A stretch of DNA of 53,665 nucleotides, from assembly GCA_002269645.1 (NCBI GenBank), contig NIVC01004239.1, positions 1-53,665 of the forward strand, in the 5' to 3' direction. Position numbers and translations under genes: made by a program. This DNA is from Macrostomum lignano. Its lineage: Eukaryota. Positions 19,941 to 34,949 of the stretch are shown here, piece by piece. Every line of letters begins with the position of its first letter. Within the stretch, counting starts at the first letter, position 1. The notes beneath the pieces are model-generated. The model searched no databases and had not been told where the DNA came from. It saw nothing but the letters and a program-made list of their open reading frames with translations.

Positions 19941-22900
19941 GGGTCGTTCGCAAATTCTAGGAGGAGCAAAAATTTTAACAATTTTCCGAACATTTACTAT
20001 TGTTACTGCCATATTGAAAATAATAGGACACTTTTATCTGTGAATAAAGATAATTTTTGGGTTAAACTTTATCATGCAAAAGTGTTTTTTAATCATCTGG
20101 CGGTATTAAGCGATAATTAGCGATGAAAAAATTCAAATTCAATCATTTCACCGATGTTAATTTTTGATACTACAAGATGTCTGTAGCTAAAAAAAGTTGT
20201 TGTTGTGTTGAAACCTTGCTATATTACATTTAAAATTAAAGCTTATATAAATTTAATTTAAGATTTTTTTAAAGCTCAATAAACTGCATTATAAATGATT
20301 TTATAGATGCTTAACTGTACGCCTAGCATTTCCGGTGGGATAGCCTCTTTGCGTCTCACAAAATGTATTTTTCAGCTGACGTCTAGAATGTGCGCTTAAA
20401 ATGATACATTTTGATGCAGATAATTAGAAAAACATGTCTTTTTATCTTTTTGTAAAAAATTGTTATGAAATAGAGCACTATTGTTGATAAAAATAATTAA
20501 AAGCAACCATGCATCGCAATAAACTCCTACTTTGAAGCACAAAATAAATATCCTGTAACCACACTAGCATTCTCCATGGAGCACCTTTTAAGCTGAAATT
20601 TTACACAGATATCCAGTAAAGTAAACTGAGCAAATGATTTTTTTTGTTTTTGAAAATACTTCAATTTGGCTATGTATCAGTTAGTTCATTGGACATATTT
20701 ATTATATTTTTATTAAAATCCTTGTAACCAAGCTACAGAGAAACATGTGCAAAACTGGACCTTGAAATTTGACCTGAATGATCAGCAAATGTGTATCTCG
20801 AAATGATTTTTTTTGTTTTCATCAAGTCATTCTATGCTAATTTTTTCTGAAGGGAAAGATACCATATATTTAGAGTCAATAGGGGAAGCATTTAAACTTA
20901 TTTAATAGTCATTAAAATTGCAACTATATTATTATAATATAGTAATACTATTATACATGTATTATATAGTAATATTAACTTCTAAGATGCCCTTATAAAT
21001 TTAAGTAAAGACAACAGGCCTTAATTAATTAATCAGCATTTTGAAGAAACTGACCTTATACAGATGGGCCCCAAGCTAAGAAATGAATGTAGAGCTTATT
21101 TCGTGTAAGGTATAAAAATCAATTTATTATAATAATAAATACTCCTAGTAAATTGGTTAAATTATTTATTTACCCTGAATTAATTTAATTTAATAATTAA
21201 ATATATAAATTTGTTTCACTTCTTACTGCATTTAAATAGAGTACCTCTCTACTATACTATAGAAGTATAGTAAAAGTATGGTAAAAAAGTATAGTAAAAA
21301 ATTTTCTTTGGTTTAATCCCTGCTTGCCTCAGTTTTTTAGTCTTAATACGAGCTATAGATAGTAAGTGTTGATTAATTTGCTCCATCACCTTTTGCCACG
21401 GAAACAGCACATGTCGGACATGCAACACTCTTCCTGATCCCTGGATTCAAGATGACTGCTTCTGCTTCTTCAATGCTTGAAAACTGAGCTCATGGAGCTT
21501 TAGGTTATGCTGTCAGAGTGCTGCTGCCGGTGCTGTGTGTGTATGTGTGTGTCTTCTGTGGGTAGGTTCCCTGTCCCTCAGTTTAGCCACTGTTGTGGGC
21601 TAACTGGAGGAATTGCCGTTGTCGGTGCTGCAGATGGCACTGCATGGTAGTATTGACGCTGTCAGTGACGCTGGCAAAGGCTTGGACGAAGCTAGGTGCC
21701 GTCATTGTCAGAAGGACATGCGTGTGCTGCTTAGACCAGTGCGCACATTCGACTGGACTCGTATCTGGTGCAGTCTGGTGTATTCACTGAGATTGTGTGG
21801 ATCTGCCTCCTCGCATCACCTCAACCAGGCTCAATTTCTTTTGTAGAATTTTCGTGCGCTGCTTAACTGCATCTTGTGCCTGCTGAGTGATGCCAAGAAT
21901 TGTGCCACACAATAATTCGGCCCATAAACTACTCGTATATTATACATATGTATGCACAGCACACACACGCAGTTCATTCATATTAGTACTAGTTAATGGA
22001 ATTCTCATCTCATGAGCTCTAGTCTATGGACAAACCTGAAATTACTAGAATTTCTAGATAGATCTAAACTTCTTTGAGCAGCGCGCTGCGCTGCGAGCAA
22101 AATACATGTAGATTCCTTAGCGCAACTAATTAAAAGTGTAGTACAGTCTACAGCCTGAAGTAGCCTGTGTAAGATGTGGAGGGATGATTTTTGCATAGGA
22201 AGCCACTACGGTAAGGTTGATGGAACTATGGGGAGGTGAGAGATTCAAAGCGAGGGATGGAAGCCATGCATAGTTCGATCATAAGTTTGATTATTGCATG
22301 AGTCTGGGGATGCATTAACGAGAGGCGGACGAGAGCATAGAAATAAAGCGGGCTGAATATATTAATACACAAAATTACATGTACTAGCTTGTAATTTCAG
22401 AATGGTCAGCGACTCCTCCGATTTGTATCCGCGACCGCGTGCCCACAAATCCCCCGGCAGACTCTGTCGCAGTTGGTGGTTGTGCACAGAATACAATGTT
22501 AATTTTCGAGCTTCTCTGCAAAAAATGCGTGATGCACTCAAGATGCGTGCTATAGTCTACTTCTTTGATTGATGGCTGGGTTTTGCCTTTTCGCTTGTGA
22601 TCATCAAAAGCTTGGGCGTCATTGCTACTGGTGTTTCAGTGTGCGCATTATGTCTGGTTATCATATTATGTGCATGTGCAGTGTCTTTTACCTACATTTT
22701 TGTTTGTCTCTGTTTCCTGCATGCTCTTTCGCATTTTTACACCTCGCACATCCTCATTTTTCTCAATTAACAAGTGAAATCTTTTCTTAAAGACTAATTG
22801 CTATTTTAGTTAAGCTAGTAGGTTTTTGGTAATTAAATAATTCAATTTTGTCTATTTTCCAAAAAGTTTCAAAAAATGAATTAATTAAAAAAAATTTGAA

Positions 22901-23734
22901 TTATTTTAAGTTAATTGGAGTGAAATGTCTAATAAGTAACTATAATTTTTTATTTTAAGTACATGTAGCTTTGGTATAAGTATTAATGTAATGAGTACTT
23001 AAAGTAAAATCAAGCAAGTTATAGTTTTCAGAAATTATGCTACAAATAATCAAAAATATACTAGTATCCGAATTCCTTTATTAAGGAACATGCAGTCGAT
23101 ATTAAATCCACAATGTGCTTTTTGGTGTTCAAGGATAGTTCCCTGACTTTTTCTATTATTAGTTAGATTTTATTATATTTAATGTAAAAATGAACAATTC
23201 TATTCAAGGTAAAAATGAACATCCTTTATTTGTCGAATCATCTTGCCTTTGAAAAGATACATAGTGAAAACTTGATTTTTAATTCAACCTTTCAAGACTT
23301 ATTTAGACTTCTCAATTCAGTGATTAGTTAAACTGATCGAAGTTCTTTTGAGTGCATGCTATAATAATTTCGCACTTTTTCGCACACGATAATTTTAAAT
23401 GTCTGGGATTTAGAGCAGAGTAACAAAATGCTGTGCTCAAAAACATTTCCTTTGTCAATTTCTTGTTCTTTTATTTTTGCAAAAGAAATTTAACTGCATA
23501 TTTAAAATAAAAATGGAAGAAAATTTTATTTTCTCTTTAATATTTTTGTCGTTTATTTTCCGCAACAAAGAATAACAAATAGCCTTGATTTCTTCTCAAT
23601 TTCAAGTTTTCTTGTGGTTTTAGTAGCAGCTTCTTACAGAAATTGTCGAAAGAATTTTTTTGTACGATTATTGGTCGATGTATAAACTTTTTTTGCAATA
23701 ACAAAAAGTTGTGACCTAGCTTTGAGAACGACCC
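19941..23734. mobile_element. 3.8-kb TIR element with a 4-bp TSD (Sola2-like by its termini only)
   Basis: TIR gggtcgttc[g/t]caaa..ctagg. agta flanks both ends (19937-19940 and 23735-23738). Broken coding-like relics on the minus strand at about 21350-22560; no recognisable transposase. Confidence 0.6.
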
Positions 23735-25818
23735 AGTAGGTTACAAAAAAGATACAACGCAAACATTTTTAAAAATTTATTTTAGGTACACACAGCAAAC
23801 AAATTTAGTTTAATGTAACGTATTTTTTAAAATGATAAACTCGGTTAACACTCAGGCCTCAGGGTGCTAAGTCGCGCGCAATTGCCTGTGTCGTATCATA
23901 GGCCCCTACGTATCATGCCATGGGACATGGTAGGCCTATTGCTTGTATCTGTAAGCCATCCGACTCCGAGGGATCTGACCTTACCTGGAACTTGAAGCAA
24001 AGCCAAAGTAGGCCTAACCCGAGATCCTTAGGGACCAACCCCTAGGTATCTTAAGCCTAGGCCTACCTTATGGAAAACAGAAATCTGTTTTGCATTAAAT
24101 AGTTAATGGAATTTTGTAATTATTCTTATACGAACAACTATTGTGACTATTATTGATAAGGTATTTATTTAATTTTTGGTGCATGTCACACCAAAATATT
24201 AATGTATAGGCCCTAGGCCTGATACCAAACGACCAAAATCACTTTTTGTAGGGCCTATGGCATGCTAGGCCTAACATAGGCCCTATGGCTATATGCCAAA
24301 TTTCTTGAGAATGTACCTTAAAAATTTCTGGTGTATATGCCTTCTTCCTGACTATGGCCTATATGTACTTAATAGGCCTAGGTCTATGAAATTTGCTTAC
24401 AAGAAGTTTGCTTGCCAAAGTTTGCTTGCAGGGCTTGCAGGGAAGTTGGTCAGTCAATTATTAGGCCTACTTATGGCTATCTTCTCAAATCATTCGTTTA
24501 ATTCCAACCCCCATCTCCCCATCACCCTTGAATAGAGGGCAAAATAATTCCGGAAATAATTAAACAAACAATTTGAGAAGATTGCCCCTACTTATTATAG
24601 ATGCTTTGCAAATGGATTCTTACTAGCATCAAACTGATAATTAGGGTATTAGGATATTAAGGTATCCTAATAAGTGATTATATATAGGGCCTAGCAATTC
24701 ACTGATTGGCATAGCTAGAAATTTTTGTTGGGGGGACCCATTTAGTACCCAGAGGAGAAAATATAAGAAAGCAGGGTTTTTTTCATTGGAATTCAAGGGA
24801 GAGGCAATTTTTTGTCCAGAATTTTGGGGGGGGGTAAATTTCAAAGGGGCCTAGGTCCCTCTAGCCTGCCTTGGCTATGCCACTAGATTGGTAGTATATT
24901 AATTACAAAAAATCTATTTTGTACACTTTGTTGCTTAAATCATTTGATATAGCATAGGGCTATATATATTGTTCCAAATTATATATATCACTAGATATTT
25001 TACCAGAAAACTTTGGCTTACAAACCTTAGCAAGCAAAGTTTGGCAAGCAAAGTTTACCAAGCAAAACTCGGTGATCAAACTTTGGCAAGCAAAATTCCT
25101 CAAGCAATGCAAATGCAATGTAAGTAAATGTTGTATTCCTATACTTAATAATGTGTATTTTCTATATAAAAATAGGCCTAGGCCTAAGAAATCCAACTTT
25201 ATAGGGAGGTACACATCCTATGCTCCTATGCACATATGCCACTATGCTATGTATATGCCATAATAAAAACAAGCATTGCATCAGAAGCCCAGCTTTCTGT
25301 TGTTAGTGGTTAAGCACGTGACTATGTATGGCAAGGAAGCTTTCTAACTAGTCTATTTCATGCTTAGAGTTACATTAGAAAAATACTGATAAAATTTCAT
25401 TATTTATACTAGACTTATGCTAAGCTTAGGCAATGCATACCAGACATAATGACTAGGCTAGGAGAGGTTGGGTGAGGTAGTTTGTACAAACATTTTTCAA
25501 TTCAAAAATTTGATTGTTTTCATTGGTATATTTTTAGCTAAAACTTTATAAAAATGAAAAAAATTCATAAAAGTTATTGCATGATAGAACAACTTTTAGA
25601 TTTAAAACTTTGTTTTAGTTTTTTACAAATAATAAAATATTAGTTAGATATTTAAAATCTCCATTTAATTTAACTACTAAGTAAGTTATACCAAGTCATT
25701 GTATTATATGCCACATTAAAAAAGCTAGTTGTTTTTATGCCAAGGCTATTTTTTCTTGACTTATACCAAATATTTCTGGCATAACATTGTAATTAACAAA
25801 ATGGACTATGGTATTATA

Positions 25819-27127
25819 TGAGGGTTGTTTAAAAAGTCTGCAATCAAACATGCATATCTTTTTTTGAGTCACTACTTTGTCTTGAAACTTTATACCATAA
25901 CAAATATCATACCCTGAATGTTTTAAATCAAGAGTGGTCTTGTTTGAGCCAGGAATTTTCTTCTTATAGTGTTTTTAGTCACACACTAATTCCATCACTA
26001 TGCTGAATAATGAAGAAGCAAAGCAAAGTGTCATTTGGTTTTTGTGGAAACAAGGAAAGTGACAGGCAGAAATTCTTCACGAGTTGCAAGCAACATATGG
26101 CAAATGTGCACCATCAAAAACAATGGTCAACAAGTGGGTGCAGCATTTTGAAGATGGCTGGGAGACAGTCGATGACCTTCCACGGAGTGGCCAGCCTGCC
26201 ACCACGGTCAACAGGTCAAACATCAAGCTTGTGCATTGTGCTCTGGATATTGATCACCAAGCTACAGTGTGAGAGTTGTCAACCATTACTGGCATCTCAT
26301 CAATGGCCATTCATTCAATCCTGACAGTTGAGCTTGGTATGTCACGCATTGTTGCTTGTTGGGTCCCAAAACTTCTGATTGACCAGCAGCAGCGAGAGCA
26401 GGTCCAGGTGTGTTGGCAGCTCCTCCAGTCATATCACAGTGATCCCAACTTTTTGGACTGGATTGTGACTGGGGATAAATCCTGATTTCACTATAGTGAG
26501 CCAGAGTCCAAGATGCAGAGCAGTGTGTGGAAGGCCAGCCATGAGCCCACACCTGTCAAGGCCCTGACTGCACCTTCAGCTGGCAAGCAAATGGCCACCA
26601 TCTTCTGGGACAAGGAGGGTATTCTGCTCATCAAATGGCTTCCTCGTGGTGCCACAATAAACAGTGAGTACAATATCCAAGTCCTGCAGAAGTTGCATGA
26701 AGCCATCAAGGCCCAGCGGCGTGGCAAGCTGAGCCATCGCATCCTGCTTCAGCACAACAATGCTAGGCTGCACACCAGCCAGGCAACAATGGCTGCCATT
26801 TCAGACCTGGGCTTCAAGGTGCTGCCACACCCACCCTACTCGCTGGACCTCGCACCCAGTGACTTCTGGCTGTTCGGAGAGATGAAAAAACCCTCCGAGG
26901 TTGCTAGTACAGCTCTCTACAGACCCTGGCATTGGCCATCAGCCAGTGGGTCAGGGGATCACCTGCCAATTTCTATGCTGCCAGCATCGAGAAGTTGCCT
27001 GAGAGGTGGCACAAGTGCATAAGCCTCAAGGGTGCCTACGTTGAGAAGCAGGAAGAGTAGCGTTATATTTGTTCAATCCATTAAACTGTTAGACACATTT
27101 GATCGCGGACTTTCCAAACAACCCTCG
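25819..27127 (+). mobile_element. Degenerate mariner element, copy 1
   Basis: TIR [t/c]gagggttgttt..aaagtc.gc.atcaaa with TA TSD. Transposase frame from ATG 26000 has three stops and a frameshift. Motifs LPRSGQP, WVPKLL, IVTGDKS, HNNARLH, PPYSLDLAPSDFWLF. Confidence 0.95.
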
Positions 27128-29729
27128 TAGTAGGACCTTTATATATCATGTGTGCTCTTAGGCCTATAGGCTACCAAGTCTTAGCATAGCTTAGATTTTT
27201 TTCTAAATTGTTTTAATGCTTTTATAATAGAATAAGTCAAGTCAACTAATCAAAAACTAGTCACAAAGGGTAATAGTATCCAATCCACTATCCGCTATTT
27301 GATATATATACAAGATATTGCCAAACTGATGTAAGTCTATTATTAACCAAAAGTAAATATCAAATAATTGCAGCACCAATAGGTGATTGCTTTAACTTTA
27401 AAAAAGAACCCTTTTGGACTGAATGGTAATATTTACAATTCTTTTATGCCCAATATTAGCCATCAATACTATCCTACTCCTACCTTTATAGCACTAGAGT
27501 AACATAGCAATATTGCAGTTCTTATAGGTCTGATACTATTTTCTAGTAGATATTGCTTAGTGCCTAGCCAACCATTTCAAGGCTTAGTTGGTTAATGTCA
27601 AAGCAAGGGCAACTAGTCTATGGTGATTGACAGCCAGATAACATAGAACAATATTATTATAAGTGCTAAAATAGTTTAGAGCAAGAAACCAATGGATTGC
27701 CTGAGTCTTAACTTTGAGAAAATATGCACATCAAATAAATAAGTTCTAAAAATGTATTGAATCATTTTATCTATTAGAAAAGTTGATACTTTAATGTTTT
27801 TAGCAGTAGTCTAGCAATTGCAAAATACTGTATTCTTTCTAGGCCCTATTTTAACTTTTAATATAATATAGATTGTATAGGGACTCCTGCAAGTGAGTGA
27901 GATCTTAAAAGTTATTTTGCAGTATTTTTATTAAACTTTATAAATCCCACCTGGCTAACCTCTGAAAAGGCCTAAATAGAAAATACCTTGTCATTTTTTA
28001 AATTGTGTCAAGTAAAAAAGTTGCAAAACATTTTTACTTATTTGTAAGCATAAAATTTAAGGCCAAGCCTAAATATTCTGTCCATTATGTAGGCCTAAGC
28101 CAACTATAATCATTTTTTACTAAAATGTTATTTACAAAGAATATTTTCTTTATATTTCTTTATATTGAAATAATCAATTTCTATATTCAATGTATCATTT
28201 TTGTTTTGTTTCTAGTTTTCTTAGAGTCATAGGAATCATAGTTAAAAATGGTATAGCATAGAACAAAAATTGGAGGATGATCTATACCATTTATTTCTCC
28301 ATGCTATTTCTATGTACTAACTTCTAAAAACTATATTTAACATATATAGAAATTAAACATTTACCAATGTATATTAGATTGATAAGTTTTTTAATTATAT
28401 ATTTTATTAAAAAATTGCTAAAAATTGTGCAATATATGCATTAGCCACAATGAAGTCAGAGACCTTAGTGTGCATTAAAATTTTGTAAAAAATGTATTAA
28501 GGATTCTTTTTATATATCAAAATTGTCTATGGCAAAAGCACTTTTCTAACTATGATATGAATACAATAAATCTTACAAAATAAGGCATGGTTAAAAAAAT
28601 TCAGGCATAATTTATAAAAAGTCAAATCTAGGCCTTAGATACAATGTGCCAAATATTTTTTTTCTTTTTTCGCAAGTTTTCATATGTTTTATGCATGAAA
28701 AAATCCTTTGTAAACTTTGATTTTTCGGGTCAAAGATAAACGATTGTCGGCTGACTCTTTTTTTATGTGAATAAGTTTTTATCGTTGCGGCCCTCGATAA
28801 ATATAATAGCGATAAATATGTCACTTCAATTTTATTTGACTCCTAAAAATGACTCAAAACTTTATTATTAAAATATTTTAAAAAAAAAAGTTTTTACGCG
28901 AATCTGTATTTATATTTAATAATGGGATGTAATAACTATTGGGAGTGGAAAAGTGATGGCGAAGAAGGTGAAGAAGTGGTGAAGTAGGAATGCAGGAAGT
29001 GAATGTACATGTATAACAGTGTATATGCAACCGAACAAAATGAATGTTTGTTAGTATGCAGTGTATAAAAATTAATGTACAATGTACTTTGTACAAGGAC
29101 GCCTTAAGTAGGACTGGAAACAGGGACTGGCTGCTCCTATGCACATATGCCACTATGCTATGTATATGCCATAATAAAAACAAGCATTGCATCAGAAGCC
29201 CAGCTTTCTGTTGTTAGTGGTTAAGCACGTGACTATGTATGGCAAGGAAGCTTTCTAACTAGTCTGTTTCATGCTTAGAGTTACATTAGAAAAATACTGA
29301 TAAAATTTCATTATTTATACTAGACTTATGCTAAGCTTAGGCAATGCATACCAGACATAATGACTAGGCTAGGAGAGGTTGGGTGAGGTAGTTTGTACAA
29401 ACATTTTTCAATTCAAAAATTTGATTGTTTTCATTGGTATATTTTTAGCTAAAACTTTATAAAAATAAAAAAAATTCATAAAAGGTATTGCATGATAGAA
29501 CAACTTTTAGATTTAAAACTTTGTTTTAGTTTTTTACAAATAATAAAATATTAGTTAGATATTTAAAATCTCCATTTAATTTAACTACTAAGTAAGTTAT
29601 ACCAAGTCATTGTATTATATGCCACATTAAAAAAGCTAGTTGTTTTTATGCCAAGGCTATTTTTTCTTGACTTATACCAGATATTTCTGGCATAACATTG
29701 TAATTAACAAAATGGACTATGGTATTATA

Positions 29730-31038
29730 TGAGGGTTGTTTAAAAAGTCTGCAATCAAACATGCATATCTTTTTTTGAGTCACTACTTTGTCTTGAAACT
29801 TTATACCATAACAAATATCATACCCTGAATGTTTTAAATCAAGAGTGGTCTTGTTTGAGCCAGGAATTTTCTTCTTATAGTGTTTTTAGTCACACACTAA
29901 TTCCATCACTATGCTGAATAATGAAGAAGCAAAGCAAAGTGTCATTTGGTTTTTGTGGAAACAAGGAAAGTGACAGGCAGAAATTCTTCACGAGTTGCAA
30001 GCAACATATGGCAAATGTGCACCATCAAAAACAATGGTCAACAAGTGGGTGCAGCATTTTGAAGATGGCTGGGAGACAGTCGATGACCTTCCACGGAGTG
30101 GCCAGCCTGCCACCACGGTCAACAGGTCAAACATCAAGCTTGTGCATTGTGCTCTGGATATTGATCACCAAGCTACAGTGTGAGAGTTGTCAACCATTAC
30201 TGGCATCTCATCAATGGCCATTCATTCAATCCTGACAGTTGAGCTTGGTATGTCACGCATTGTTGCTTGTTGGGTCCCAAAACTTCTGATTGACCAGCAG
30301 CAGCGAGAGCGGGTCCAGGTGTGTTGGCAGCTCCTCCAGTCATATCACAGTGATCCCAACTTTTTGGACTGGATTGTGACTAGGGATAAATCCTGATTTC
30401 ACTATAGTGAGCCAGAGTCCAAGATGCAGAGCAGTGTGTGGAAGGCCAGCCATGAGCCCACACCTGTCAAGGCCCTGACTGTACCTTCAGCTGGCAAGCA
30501 AATGGCCACCATCTTCTGGGACAAGGAGGGTATTCTGCTCATCAAATGGCTTCCTCGTGGTGCCACAATAAACAGTGAGTACTATATCCAAGTCCTGCAG
30601 AAGTTGCATGAAGCCATCAAGGCCCAGCGGCGTGGCAAGCTGAGCCATCGCATCCTGCTTCAGCACAACAATGCTAGGCTGCACACCAGCCAGGCAACAA
30701 TGGCTGCCATTTCAGACCTGGGCTTCAAGGTGCTGCCACACCCACCCTACTCGCTGGACCTCGCACCCAGTGACTTCTGGCTGTTCGGAGAGATGAAAAA
30801 ACCCTCCGAGGTTGCTAGTACAGCTCTCTACAGACCCTGGCATTGGCCATCAGCCAGTGGGTCAGGGGATCACCTGCCAATTTCTATGCTGCCAGCATCG
30901 AGAAGTTGCCTGAGAGGTGGCACAAGTGCATAAGCCTCAAGGGTGCCTACGTTGAGAAGCAGGAAGAGTAGCGTTATATTTGTTCAATCCATTAAACTGT
31001 TAGACACATTTGATCGCGGACTTTCCAAACAACCCTCG
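29730..31038 (+). mobile_element. Degenerate mariner element, copy 2 (segmental duplicate)
   Basis: Same lesions and same flanks as copy 1. Confidence 0.95.
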
Positions 31039-33640
31039 TAGTAGGACCTTTATATATCATGTGTGCTCTTAGGCCTATAGGCTACCAAGTCTTAGCATAG
31101 CTTAGATTTTTTTCTAAATTGTTTTAATGCTTTTATAATAGAATAAGTCAAGTCAACTAATCAAAAACTAGTCACAAAGGGTAATAGTATCCAATCCACT
31201 ATCCGCTATTTGATATATATACAAGATATTGCCAAACTGATGTAAGTCTATTATTAACCAAAAGTAAATATCAAATAATTGCAGCACCAATAGGTGATTG
31301 CTTTAACTTTAAAAAAGAACCCTTTTGGACTGAATGGTAATATTTGCAATTCTTTTATGCCCAATATTAGCCATCAATACTATCCTACTCCTACCTTTAT
31401 AGCACTAGAGTAACATAGCAATATTGCAGTTCTTATAGGTCTGATACTATTTTCTAGTAGATATTGCTTAGTGCCTAGCCAACCATTTCAAGGCTTAGTT
31501 GGTTAATGTCAAAGCAAGGGCAACTAGTCTATGGTGATTGACAGCCAGATAACATAGAACAATATTATTATAAGTGCTAAAATAGTTTAGAGCAAGAAAC
31601 CAATGGATTGCCTGAGTCTTAACTTTGAGAAAATATGCACATCAAATAAATAAGTTCTAAAAATGTATTGAATCATTTTATCTATTAGAAAAGTTGATAC
31701 TTTAATGTTTTTAGCAGTAGTCTAGCAATTGCAAAATACTGTATTCTTTCTAGGCCCTATTTTAACTTTTAATATAATATAGATTGTATAGGGACTCCTG
31801 CAAGTGAGTGAGATCTTAAAAGTTATTTTGCAGTATTTTTATTAAACTTTATAAATCCCACCTGGCTAACCTCTGAAAAGGCCTAAATAGAAAATACCTT
31901 GTCATTTTTTAAATTGTGTCAAGTAAAAAAGTTGCAAAACATTTTTACTTATTTGTAAGCATAAAATTTAAGGCCAAGCCTAAATATTCTGTCCATTATG
32001 TAGGCCTAAGCCAACTATAATCATTTTTTACTAAAATGTTATTTACAAAGAATATTTTCTTTATATTTCTTTATATTGAAATAATCAATTTCTATATTCA
32101 ATGTATCATTTTTGTTTTGTTTCTAGTTTTCTTAGAGTCATAGGAATCATAGTTAAAAATGGTATAGCATAGAACAAAAATTGGAGGATGATCTATACCA
32201 TTTATTTCTCCATGCTATTTCTATGTACTAACTTCTAAAAACTATATTTAACATATATAGAAATTAAACATTTACCAATGTATATTAGATTGATAAGTTT
32301 TTTAATTATATATTTTATTAAAAAATTGCTAAAAATTGTGCAATATATGCATTAGCCACAATGAAGTCAGAGACCTTAGTGTGCATTAAAATTTTGTAAA
32401 AAATGTATTAAGGATTCTTTTTATATATCAAAATTGTCTATGGCAAAAGCACTTTTCTAACTATGATATGAATACAATAAATCTTACAAAATAAGGCATG
32501 GTTAAAAAAATTCAGGCATAATTTATAAAAAGTCAAATCTAGGCCTTAGATACAATGTGCCAAATATTTTTTTTCTTTTTTCGCAAGTTTTCATATGTTT
32601 TATGCATGAAAAAATCCTTTGTAAACTTTGATTTTTCGGGTCAAAGATAAACGATTGTCGGCTGACTCTTTTTTTATGTGAATAAGTTTTTATCGTTGCG
32701 GCCCTCGATAAATATAATAGCGATAAATATGTCACTTCAATTTTATTTGACTCCTAAAAATGACTCAAAACTTTATTATTAAAATATTTTAAATAAAAAA
32801 GTTTTTACGCGAATCTGTATTTATATTTAATAATGGGATGTAATAACTATTGGGAGTGGAAAAGTGATGGCGAAGAAGGTGAAGAAGTGGTGAAGTAGGA
32901 ATGCAGGAAGTGAATGTACATGTATAACAGTGTATATGCAACCGAACAAAATGAATGTTTGTTAGTATGCAGTGTATAAAAATTAATGTACAATGTACTT
33001 TGTACAAGGACGCCTTAAGTAGGACTGGAAACAGGGACTGGCTGCTCCTATGCACATATGCCACTATGCTATGTATATGCCATAATAAAAACAAGCATTG
33101 CATCAGAAGCCCAGCTTTCTGTTGTTAGTGGTTAAGCACGTGACTATGTATGGCAAGGAAGCTTTCTAACTAGTCTGTTTCATGCTTAGAGTTACATTAG
33201 AAAAATACTGATAAAATTTCATTATTTATACTAGACTTATGCTAAGCTTAGGCAATGCATACCAGACATAATGACTAGGCTAGGAGAGGTTGGGTGAGGT
33301 AGTTTGTACAAACATTTTTCAATTCAAAAATTTGATTGTTTTCATTGGTATATTTTTAGCTAAAACTTTATAAAAATAAAAAAAATTCATAAAAGGTATT
33401 GCATGATAGAACAACTTTTAGATTTAAAACTTTGTTTTAGTTTTTTACAAATAATAAAATATTAGTTAGATATTTAAAATCTCCATTTAATTTAACTACT
33501 AAGTAAGTTATACCAAGTCATTGTATTATATGCCACATTAAAAAAGCTAGTTGTTTTTATGCCAAGGCTATTTTTTCTTGACTTATACCAGATATTTCTG
33601 GCATAACATTGTAATTAACAAAATGGACTATGGTATTATA

Positions 33641-34949
33641 TGAGGGTTGTTTAAAAAGTCTGCAATCAAACATGCATATCTTTTTTTGAGTCACTACTTT
33701 GTCTTGAAACTTTATACCATAACAAATATCATACCCTGAATGTTTTAAATCAAGAGTGGTCTTGTTTGAGCCAGGAATTTTCTTCTTATAGTGTTTTTAG
33801 TCACACACTAATTCCATCACTATGCTGAATAATGAAGAAGCAAAGCAAAGTGTCATTTGGTTTTTGTGGAAACAAGGAAAGTGACAGGCAGAAATTCTTC
33901 ACGAGTTGCAAGCAACATATGGCAAATGTGCACCATCAAAAACAATGGTCAACAAGTGGGTGCAGCATTTTGAAGATGGCTGGGAGACAGTCGATGACCT
34001 TCCACGGAGTGGCCAGCCTGCCACCACGGTCAACAGGTCAAACATCAAGCTTGTGCATTGTGCTCTGGATATTGATCACCAAGCTACAGTGTGAGAGTTG
34101 TCAACCATTACTGGCATCTCATCAATGGCCATTCATTCAATCCTGACAGTTGAGCTTGGTATGTCACGCATTGTTGCTTGTTGGGTCCCAAAACTTCTGA
34201 TTGACCAGCAGCAGCGAGAGCGGGTCCAGGTGTGTTGGCAGCTCCTCCAGTCATATCACAGTGATCCCAACTTTTTGGACTGGATTGTGACTAGGGATAA
34301 ATCCTGATTTCACTATAGTGAGCCAGAGTCCAAGATGCAGAGCAGTGTGTGGAAGGCCAGCCATGAGCCCACACCTGTCAAGGCCCTGACTGTACCTTCA
34401 GCTGGCAAGCAAATGGCCACCATCTTCTGGGACAAGGAGGGTATTCTGCTCATCAAATGGCTTCCTCGTGGTGCCACAATAAACAGTGAGTACTATATCC
34501 AAGTCCTGCAGAAGTTGCATGAAGCCATCAAGGCCCAGCGGCGTGGCAAGCTGAGCCATCGCATCCTGCTTCAGCACAACAATGCTAGGCTGCACACCAG
34601 CCAGGCAACAATGGCTGCCATTTCAGACCTGGGCTTCAAGGTGCTGCCACACCCACCCTACTCGCTGGACCTCGCACCCAGTGACTTCTGGCTGTTCGGA
34701 GAGATGAAAAAACCCTCCGAGGTTGCTAGTACAGCTCTCTACAGACCCTGGCATTGGCCATCAGCCAGTGGGTCAGGGGATCACCTGCCAATTTCTATGC
34801 TGCCAGCATCGAGAAGTTGCCTGAGAGGTGGCACAAGTGCATAAGCCTCAAGGGTGCCTACGTTGAGAAGCAGGAAGAGTAGCGTTATATTTGTTCAATC
34901 CATTAAACTGTTAGACACATTTGATCGCGGACTTTCCAAACAACCCTCG
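33641..34949 (+). mobile_element. Degenerate mariner element, copy 3 (segmental duplicate)
   Basis: Matches copy 2 at all diagnostic sites compared. Confidence 0.95.

Noticed and set aside
24400-25100. Inverted tttggcaagcaaa motif clusters and a tggcatagc...gctatgcca pair as MITEs
   Set aside because: Probably decayed non-autonomous elements, but ends and TSDs could not be defined.
25819-34949. Three mariner copies as evidence of active transposition
   Set aside because: They share the same flanks and inactivating lesions, so they were copied by segmental duplication.
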